A DNA stretch of 64,000 nt from Felis catus (Eukaryota). The notes beneath the pieces were generated by a model, which saw only the letters and a program-made list of their open reading frames with translations, searched no databases and had not been told where the DNA came from. Positions within the stretch are counted from its first letter, which is position 1, and every line of letters begins with the position of its first letter. This document shows positions 54,947 to 64,000 of this stretch, one piece after another. The position numbers and the translations under genes are program-made. The DNA is taken from contig NC_058368.1 in NCBI RefSeq assembly GCF_018350175.1, positions 185,940,001-186,004,000 on the forward strand. The letters run 5' to 3'.

Positions 54947-56599
54947 CATTCATAAAAAAGCAGAATATTGTTGCAGGTGTAAAAGCCATAGTAAGCAAAG
55001 TTTTAGGTGGTATATGTTGTCTAGAAATATCTATTTAATTGTTATTTGGCTTATATGATTTATATTTTAAGAGATCATAAAATGTCAGTCATTAACAGGT
55101 CATTTCCATCTCATGGAATTTCACAGACCGCATAATAAAATTTCAGGATTTTTTCTCAGTTTCATTGGTGGGGCCTGTAATGCCACTACTGGAAATGAGG
55201 CTTAAAATATATGATCATGAATTGCAGATGGGAAAGCAAAGAGTAAACTCATAAAATATTTTAAGTCTGTACATTTATGGTGCAGGTATCATCAAGTGAT
55301 GTGGTTCCTGTAGTGAATAAAACACTAGATACAACAATAAAAGCATGGTGTTTTAACCCTAGCTCTGTCACAATTTAACCCAGTGTTCATTAGGCCTCAA
55401 CTTCTCCATTTCTAATGAACAGATTGGGCTTGAAGTCTAAGAATTCAATATATGTACATAACGTGATTAAGAATGTTAAGACAAAGACACAAATGAGCAA
55501 CTTTTGAAATTGGACCCTTCAGAATTTCTTTTACAAGATTCCTGTCTTCTATTTCTTAGCTTATACATTTATATTTTATCATTCACGCTATTGATTTCAA
55601 CAGTTTACAAATAACCAGTTGGATAAACAGTTTTATTCTTCTTTAGCCCACACTCACCTCCACTCCACCTTTTCATGTTGTCACTGACACTCACAGAGGT
55701 TACTCATAAATTGCTCAACAGTTTCACTTCCTTGGGGTAGAAACTTGCACTTGAGCTGTGTATGATAATGCTCATAAGTGTATCCTGATTTCTTATCTGT
55801 AGATATTTTCCTAAGAAAATAATCCAATTCTAGAATGGATTGAAGATAGTGTTCTGTTAAATAAAATACAAAACACCATATTTTGCCTTCTATATTATCC
55901 ATTTAATCCAACTAAACTTTGAAGTAAATACTGTTTTTTCCATTTTACAAAGAAATGGCCATTTAAAATAGACCACATGAGTGACTCGCTAAACTGACCA
56001 GTTGTGGGTTTGTGGTTTAAACCTCAACTTTTCCTACTATTGAACCCATATTTTCCCAATGCTTGTTTAAAGAACCAGGGCCAGCTGGAAGTTAATAATT
56101 CTAAGTTAAATCAGTGTCTTCCTAGATGCCTGCCTTTTGAAATATTAGAATCTTTACAGTATTATTTGACCATTGAGACTCCCACATCACCACATAGCTC
56201 TTAGTCACTTTGGTCAGATGTTGTAGTAAGAAAGAAGCCATACCTTTTGTTACATTCCTATCATATCTACAAAGAGAACAAGAGTTTCCCTGTATCTTTG
56301 CCATGTCTGGATTAATTTTCTGAAGAAGGTCAATGTACTCTCCTTTCCTAGGAGCTATTCCAAGACCTCTACTTAGAAAGCACTGGTGGTAATCATAGGC
56401 AATAAAAAAAGTACAACTAAATATGCCAGGGGACTAAAAGGCATATAAAATACAATAGGAGGGACTTCAAATGATAGCAAATAGAAGACAGGAATACAGG
56501 ATGCATTACACAATATAATATGGGAAGAAACTTGTTAGGGATGGACTGAATCACTTATGCAATAGGAAATAAAAAGGCCAGCTTATCCTTAGCATCTGA

Positions 56600-56790
56600 G
56601 GCAGCACTTCTAAAACTTTATTATGCCGAAGAATCACCTTGGGATCCTGTTTACAATGCTGAGTCTAGGGCTGCACATCTTGGGATTCTAGTTCTACAGA
56701 TATGAGGAGGGGTCTAGAAGTCCGTATTTTGAGTAAGTAGCAGGAGCAATGCTGGAGTACCCATAATGTCTTCTGAGAAAAAACACTCTA
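56600..56790. mobile_element. MER5-like hAT-Charlie fossil
   Basis: cagcacttctaaaacttt...gaatcaccttggga...ctgagaaaaaacact. Confidence 0.55.
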
Positions 56791-58367
56791 AAAATATCAA
56801 AGGAGTAAAGGAAAAATTAACAAGGTGATTCTACTTTGTTTTATTTCAGAGCCCTCACATTGCTATAAAAGAGGAAAGAACCAATTGTCTTTTTAAGTCA
56901 TTTTAATGCCCTGCATGGGTGAGAAACACAATCATTTGGATCAACTGCAGAGATTGAAGTAAAGACATAAAATCCTTTCCCCCACTCGTCTTGGGGATAA
57001 ATGTGTTCCGAAGCCATTTTCTAAAAAGATTTTACAAAATGAACACTATGCATATGACATGGATTATGGAACAATTCAGAAGAGTCTGGAGCAGTAGCCA
57101 TAATCAAGCATATTTGTGTTACGATAATATTCATACTAAATGGGACATAATCTATAACAAGCCTCATGTCTTTATAAGTAAGTTCTTTCAACCAAATTAG
57201 TTGAGATCAAGTTGTATTACTTTTATGATGAAATAAAAACTACAACTGTCAAATTAACACTTTTACTTGAAATTAATTACTGTGAATAAGACACTGAGGA
57301 CTTTAACAGCTATACTTTATTAAACACTTAATATTTTCCTGGCATTGTATTTAGTGTATTACATATGATCTTGTTGTTGTTTTCACTATATTCCTATGAA
57401 AAACATCTTTGTGGTCTTATTGTAAAGGTGAGGAAACTGAGGCCCAGAGGGTTAAAGTGACTGGTTCAAAGACAGGCTAGTGAGTGGCAAAGCCAGGACA
57501 GGAGCATGGCTGAGACTCTAATGATAGTCTTCTTTATACTGTGCTACTGCTTTGCTCAAAAATTCTCTTGTTCACCACTAAGTTAAAAAAGAAAAATGTG
57601 CTTCAGTGGCCATATAACTACAACTTTGAAATCTTTTTTTTTGTTAATTCCTAAAATGTTTTACTAAGTGTCTGTAGAATGCTTATGCAGTTTACAAATA
57701 TTCTTTCTGGACCAGGGTAGAAAACCATTCACCCCCTTTGAAGTTAGACATGGCCATGTGATTGCTACTGTAGTATAATCTAATCTCTTTGGATTGAGAC
57801 AGCACTCATAATCTGCTCTTAACTGTTTTATATTATTGGCTTCACTTTCATTCCTAGTTTATACAGTGACCGAAGTAAACATTAATAATGTGCAAATTTT
57901 GCTACTGACAATACCACTCTTTCCTACTTTGGACCATTTCCACCAAGAATGCATTTTTTAAAGAATACAAGAAAATATGTTCTGTTTAAGCTCTGATGCC
58001 AAATATATTTTTTTTAACCTCTAGGTTTTACATTAAATGAGAAGTGGTAAATTTGATACTGATATATTTTTAACTGATTTTTCTTTTTACCTATTCATTT
58101 TTCTTGGTACTAGGATTTTATTCAAATATTCTCAAGGTTTAAGAAAATGAGTATCATTATAATTTATTTACTATCTCCTCCCTCCCTCTTTGACCCAAGT
58201 ACCTTACTTTCTTACCTTTGGGTATTTACTCTTCTTTCTCAGCCACTAAATTTGGGAAGTACTCATCCCACTCCATATCCTATGGAGAGGATTACTGGGA
58301 CAATCCTATCCTCATGGCTAGAACAATTGGTTCAGGAATGTGAAACTGACCAAATTTAAAGTTAATA

Positions 58368-58577
58368 GGGGCCGACTGGGTGGCTCAGTTGGTTAGGCGT
58401 TCAACTGTGGTTCAGGTCATGATCTCATAGTCCATGAGTTTGAGTCCCATGTTAGGCTCTGTGCTAACAGCTCGGAGCCTGGAGCCTGCTTTGTATTCTG
58501 TGTCTCCCTCTCTCTCTGCCCCTTCCCTGCTCATGCTCTGTCTCTCTGTCAAAATAATAAATAAACATTAAAAAAAA
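58368..58577 (+). mobile_element. CAN-SINE
   Basis: TSD aaagttaatag. Confidence 0.93.
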
Positions 58578-61019
58578 AGTTAATAGTAGATAAATACCAG
58601 GAATTCCAAGGAGAGATTTTGTCTTTGACAATGTTGGGGAGATATGAAGTCTGTTGCACTGTAGCCATTTACTACCAAAAGGTGAGGAGTCAGATGTTTC
58701 CTCTAGCTGTCTTCCTTCAGTTGTACAATAGACATTTATGGAACATTCTCTGTGTCAGGTCCTGTGCTAGTTGCTAAGGAGATAACAATGAAGATGGACT
58801 TCCATAACAATACTTTCAGTCTTATAAAGGAGAAGCCCTCTCCTCAAATACAAAGAGCTTGTGGTAGGCTGTCTTTAGGTGCATTTTAACCTAAAAATTT
58901 ACAAAAAGTATACTTTCTCCACCACTTAAAAAAATAGACCCAAGACTCTTTCTTTGGAGAAGATTCTACCAATTCTTTATCAGTGTTACCTTCCCCACAT
59001 AAATAGACCTAAAATTATAGACCATAAATCTAGATTCATCTACTTTAAAAATTTGAAGTATAACATTTGTTTTAATATCTATTATTTTGATAATCACTCA
59101 CAATTAACCCACACCCAAATATATGACTTCATGTAATGTCTAGCATGTCATTAAAATAGTTTGCCATTCATAAACATATTTGGGCAAAAATAGAACTCTG
59201 GATAAATAGTAAATTCAGCAGAATTACATAGACATGCAATAGAGTCAACCATGAGCCTCAAATGTTCAAATTACCAAGGGCATCAGTGAATACTTTTAGT
59301 TGAGGGAATGGAAAAAGTAGCTATGTAGACTAGTTTGAGTTGAATTAAACAAGGAGAGTAAAGAGTTTCTCTCCTCTACAGTTTTATAATTATTTCAATG
59401 AATAGGTTTTAAGCTTGACAGAGAGGTTGATACCTCATGTAACTTTGAACCTAGTATCATGTTTTAAATAAACATTTTCTTTACCACATGTGCTCTGGTA
59501 TTACCAAATGAATAATGGACAAAGTAACTAACTGAACTTATATAACACTATACAAATGATCCTGTGGAGGTATATAGTGCTTTGCAATTACAAAGCCAAT
59601 TTCATATACTTTAATTTCATTTAATTATTAGAGATATTCTCTATGGTTGACTAAATACAATATTTTGGTTTTATTTATAGGCATGGAAACTGTGGCTAAA
59701 ATAGGCTAGAAACTTGCCAAAGTCCATGCAGCTTACAGAGATGGCCCCAGAGCTCAGGTTACCTGACTCCTCTTCCAGAATTTACCCAAGTCAAGAGGCT
59801 AGAAAGATTGATAATTCAAGTGAAACCTACAGGCTGGAGTGCTGACTGTAATTTCCTAATATCACAGAGAATTCTAGTAGATATAATGTCATGTTTAGAC
59901 ACGAAATTGCAATGCTAGAGCTATAGGTCTCAAAGAGAACTTGGTACTCTTTTTTTTTTTTCTCCTGATACCCTTCTTGCTATGACCTATTACAAAATGG
60001 ATTCCTGAGGGACTGAACATGGATTGAAAGGTTGGATGAAACATTAAATGACTATCAAATCTGGAACTACAGACAGATCAGATTTTTCTGGACACAATGC
60101 TCATGCCTGGTACTTACATGGGCCAAAATTGAATGAAAGACAGGGAAGTCAACTAGAAACAGTTCAGAATTTTACTCATCATTAAGCCAGCATAGGTATA
60201 GAAATGCCATACTGGCTGGTATGTTAGCAAATGCTCCCCAAATTGGTTCTCCGAGTGCTAGACTGGCAGTTGGCTTCTGCAGACACCTCTCTCCCACCAG
60301 CTTCTATCTGGGAGGCATTGAGCATCATAGGTACAGGGGCGAGCATCCCAACTGCCAGAATGAGGGGTGGATGGAAGTAGGCAACTCACTAAATGAAGCC
60401 CCTAGAGCAGTGACAATTAAGAACTACAATGTCTCTTAAACAAGATAATGAGCATACTGGTACTTTCAAATTATGTTGCAAATGTATACTAATGTATTTT
60501 AAGAACTTGAGATATTTTTAGAACAATAGTTTCTTCATTCAGGGGGAAAAAAGAGTGAGGATGGCATGCTATTGAAGCATGTATGCATTAACATGCTCTG
60601 GTTTAGTGAAAAGTATGGGTTTTTGTGTGTGATACTTCATCAGTCTTGTCACATAGAGATTCATGTAAAAGTTATTTAAAATTCAGTTAGATGCAGCTCA
60701 TTGTCAATCCATTGGACTGTGGGCTGCTCAAGGGCAAGGACTATGGTTAATTTATTGTCTTGAACCCTATTAATGGTGCTTAGAACATAGGAGGTCCTGC
60801 ATAAATAAGCAATAAACGGAACTTAGGTGACCTCAAAGAGGTCAGAGCTTTCAGCCACTCTTGGTAGAGTTCAGCAGCATTGCATAGATATACAGAGGGA
60901 GGCTTTGTGGTCTCAACTGAATCTGAATCCCAGCTCTTCTGCTCACTAGCTGTATGGCCTTGGGTAAGGTACTTATCCTTTCTGAGCATCAATTTTTCCA
61001 TCTGTAAAGGGGCTGTACT

Positions 61020-61236
61020 GGGGCGCCTGGGTGGCTCAGTCGGTTAAGCATCCAACTTCGGCTCAGGTCATGAACTCACTTTTGTGAGTTTGAGGCCTCC
61101 ATCAGCTGTGCTGACAGCTCAGAACCTGGAGCCTGCTTCAGTGTCTGTGTCTCCCTCTCTCTCTGCCTCTCCTCTGCTCACGCTCCATCTCTCTCTCTCT
61201 CTCTCTCAAAAATAAATAAAGATTAAAAAATTTTTA
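61020..61236 (+). mobile_element. CAN-SINE inserted in a MIR
   Basis: TSD aag(g/t)ggctgtact. MIR core on both sides. Confidence 0.92.
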
Positions 61237-62384
61237 AGTGGCTGTACTAATTTACCCACTGCATGGGGTAACTGAGAGAATTAAATAACACTGGTAGTAG
61301 GGATCAATCATTCCAATAGCAAAAAAAAAATCTTTTTTAGATTTTTTAAACATTTCCTAAAAAGGTACAGTTTCTGTAAAAGATTGAAAATCCTGGGCCA
61401 GTTTAAAACAAAACAGTGGAGAAACCATCTTTCTATGCAGTATGTTTTGAGTGGGTTTACCCACTAATTTTCATGAATCCCTCATCTACACTGACTTTCT
61501 GACTATTCTTAGAGTTGGTGAAATTCACCAGTACATAGCATTTAAGAAATAAAAAAGCTGAACCATTCAGGGACATGGCAGATGACCTTTACCATTTTTT
61601 CTTTTAATTATTTAACACAGTGTTTGGGAATACTACAGAGAAATGAAGCACAATGTTGAACCTGCCTTTGGCAAAATCTACTAACATCTCTAGCAAGTGC
61701 TCTGGCCATGCTGGTCTCAATTTCCAGTGATTTCTCAAGTAAATTTTAACTCCAGAATTATTTTCCCTCTTCGTCTTCATCCCCTGTCCCTCATCAAAAA
61801 CATCCTCCTAAGGAATTCTGCTGAGTAGAATGTTTAAGGACCTGGGATATGTGACCTGTTCAATCTGATTTCAAATCCTCTATTTCTCTTACTGCTTGGG
61901 AGGGCTTGGACAAGTTACCTAATTTCCTTGAGTTACAGTTCTCTTATCTCTGAAAGGAGGGTAGTTGATCATATCTACTTGGAGGTTTTTATGGGGATTA
62001 AGAAAGAAGTTTTATAGAAATTACCAGGGGCAGTTTGTTGTACATTGTATGTTTTCAATAAATAAATCATGTTATTAGTTGTCCCACTGAATAACTGTGA
62101 TGTCTTAAATTAAGCAGCATTTATTCCTAGAGAAATGTTCAGTGAGGATACTCATTCTTAAGAAGAAATAAGCATCTCTTTTTCTTAGTCCCAGACAGAA
62201 TGGAGACTGGCACTAATGCTGACTCTTGTCCTTATTCTTGCACCCACACTTGCAATCATGAGAATGCATTGAATATTTTGAAAGGAAAAGATAATTTTCT
62301 TAAAATATGTTTCTAAATCCCTACACGAATTTTAATTTCAAAATGTTTCCCATCCTATATTTTCCATATAAGAGTCTAACTTTT

Positions 62385-62646
62385 GGGGCTCCTGCGTGGC
62401 TCAGTCAGTTGTATCTAGCTCTTGATTTTGGCTCAGGTCATGATCCTAGGGTGGTGACATCAAGCCCTGCATCTGGATCTGCACTGGGCATGGAGACTGC
62501 TTAAGCTTCTCATTCTCATTCTCATTCTCATTCTCATTCTCATTCTCATTCTCATTCTCATTCTCTCTCTCTCTCTTTCCCCCTGCCCCTCCCCACTCTT
62601 TCTCAAAAAAATTTTTTTTAAATAAACAAACAAATAAATAAATAAA
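62385..62646 (+). mobile_element. CAN-SINE with internal (ATTCTC)n expansion
   Basis: SINEC head, about 9 perfect hexamers at 62508-62566, degenerate TSD ending taactttt. Confidence 0.9.
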
Positions 62647-64000
62647 AGTTTAACTTTTGATCTCAAGAAAAGTGAAAGCATTGAGTTTAGCCTGCTTGGC
62701 TCTCTCACAAACCCACAATGACTTAAAGATTGTCAAACGAGCAGGTCTTTTATTGACTTTAGGTGAAAATGCATTAATCCTAAGGAACATCCAAATTCCA
62801 TTTTCCTGTGCCTTCCACTGAGTATAACTTTCATTTTCCTTTCATTTGTACATTTAGCCTTGATCTTTTAATATCAGGTTCCCCCAGAGAGTAGCAAAAA
62901 CAAAAACAAAAACATAACAAAAAAAAACCTGTTGCTTTAATAATACCCTTAATTTTGATCAGCTTGTCATCCTCATCAAATCCTGATGACAAAATCTGAT
63001 CCCAGGGACCCAGGACTGAAAGGCAAGAATTGAGTCACACTCCCAGCCTTGCCCCATCTGGGGCTGAGATCAATGATTCAATGATTCAGGGTTTTTTTGT
63101 TTTGTTTTGTTTTTCATTTCTCAGCTTCCTTACTGGCACAAAGATATATACATCTTTAGGCCTTAGCTTTACGACATGACTCTGGAACTTCAGATCTAGA
63201 GGAAGCCTTATAGGTAATTGTTAAAGTGATGGCAATGATGCTTTGGATATGTGCTGCTCTCCCAACATGTTATAAAGCATTTTCACATCCATTATCTCAT
63301 TTGATTCTCCCCACACCTCTATGAGAAAGGACTCCCGCTAATGCCATGCACATCTTACTGACAGAAACTAAAACACAAAGGGATAAAAGGATTTGATCAA
63401 GGTAATGCAGCAAGTTAGACGCACACTGTGAGTGGAACCTGGGTTTTAAAACTCTTATTCTAGTTTTTCTGTCACCACTCCATAAGATTCTAACTAATAA
63501 TGTAGACTTATGCTATCAGCACTGCTAAGCCACATATGACTTATTTCTCAGACAGCACTGAATGCAACATCTTCTGCCAACATAGAAATAGAAATAGGTC
63601 ATCTTCTTAACTCAGTCATTCTTTCCCTTTTGGTTTTTATTTTTCTTCATTTTATTTTACCTCAATATCTGATACATGGGAAAGGACCTGCCCATAAACA
63701 TTTGAGTTATAGAACAGAGAGGCTTGAGAGAGTCTGTTGGAATGAAATCTGGAAGCCAATTATTAGATGCTTCATTTCCTATGAAACTAGTTGGGAGAAC
63801 TTAGGCTGGCCATGTCACTTCCATGGACTTTATTTTTCTTTTTAATATGAGAAATAAGGACACTTTGAGTAGGCAATTCTGGAGTCTCTTTGACTTACAT
63901 GTTTTTGTCTTTATTACATAACTGCAGCATTGAATATTATTGGTACTGTGGAATGGAAAATAATGAATTTCTCTGACACATTTAGCGTGCGTGTGTTTGT

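Noticed and set aside
27666..64000. Next upstream GABRG2 exon (extracellular domain) or a nested gene
   Set aside because: No ORF or segment resembling gamma-2 extracellular sequence or another protein was seen. Very small cryptic exons cannot be excluded by eye.

Overview
Mammalian genomic DNA, almost certainly from a felid, since the tRNA-derived CAN-SINEs are of the SINEC_Fc type. It contains the 3' half of GABRG2 (GABA-A receptor gamma-2 subunit) on the minus strand. Four coding exons were read directly, each with GT-AG boundaries and compatible phases: 27513-27665 (153 nt, TM1 and start of TM2), 14044-14249 (206 nt, TM2-TM3), the 24-nt alternative gamma2L microexon 12029-12052 (LLRMFSFK), and the terminal exon CDS 10341-10616. 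A 3'UTR of about 2.2 kb follows, ending near an AATAAA at 8170-8175. Everything from 27666 to 64000 appears to be one long intron, and the upstream exons lie outside the window. The rest is repeat-rich: about 24 CAN-SINEs, several L1s (one near full length), LTRs, DNA transposon fossils, MIR and L2. The best observations are a U6 snRNA/L1 chimeric retrocopy with a nested SINE, the splicing-control elements around the microexon (RBFOX, PTB-type, NOVA YCAY cluster), and an L1 inserted 52 nt from an exon acceptor. I found no credible evidence of a previously undescribed biological system. Repeat family names come from recall, not from a database search.
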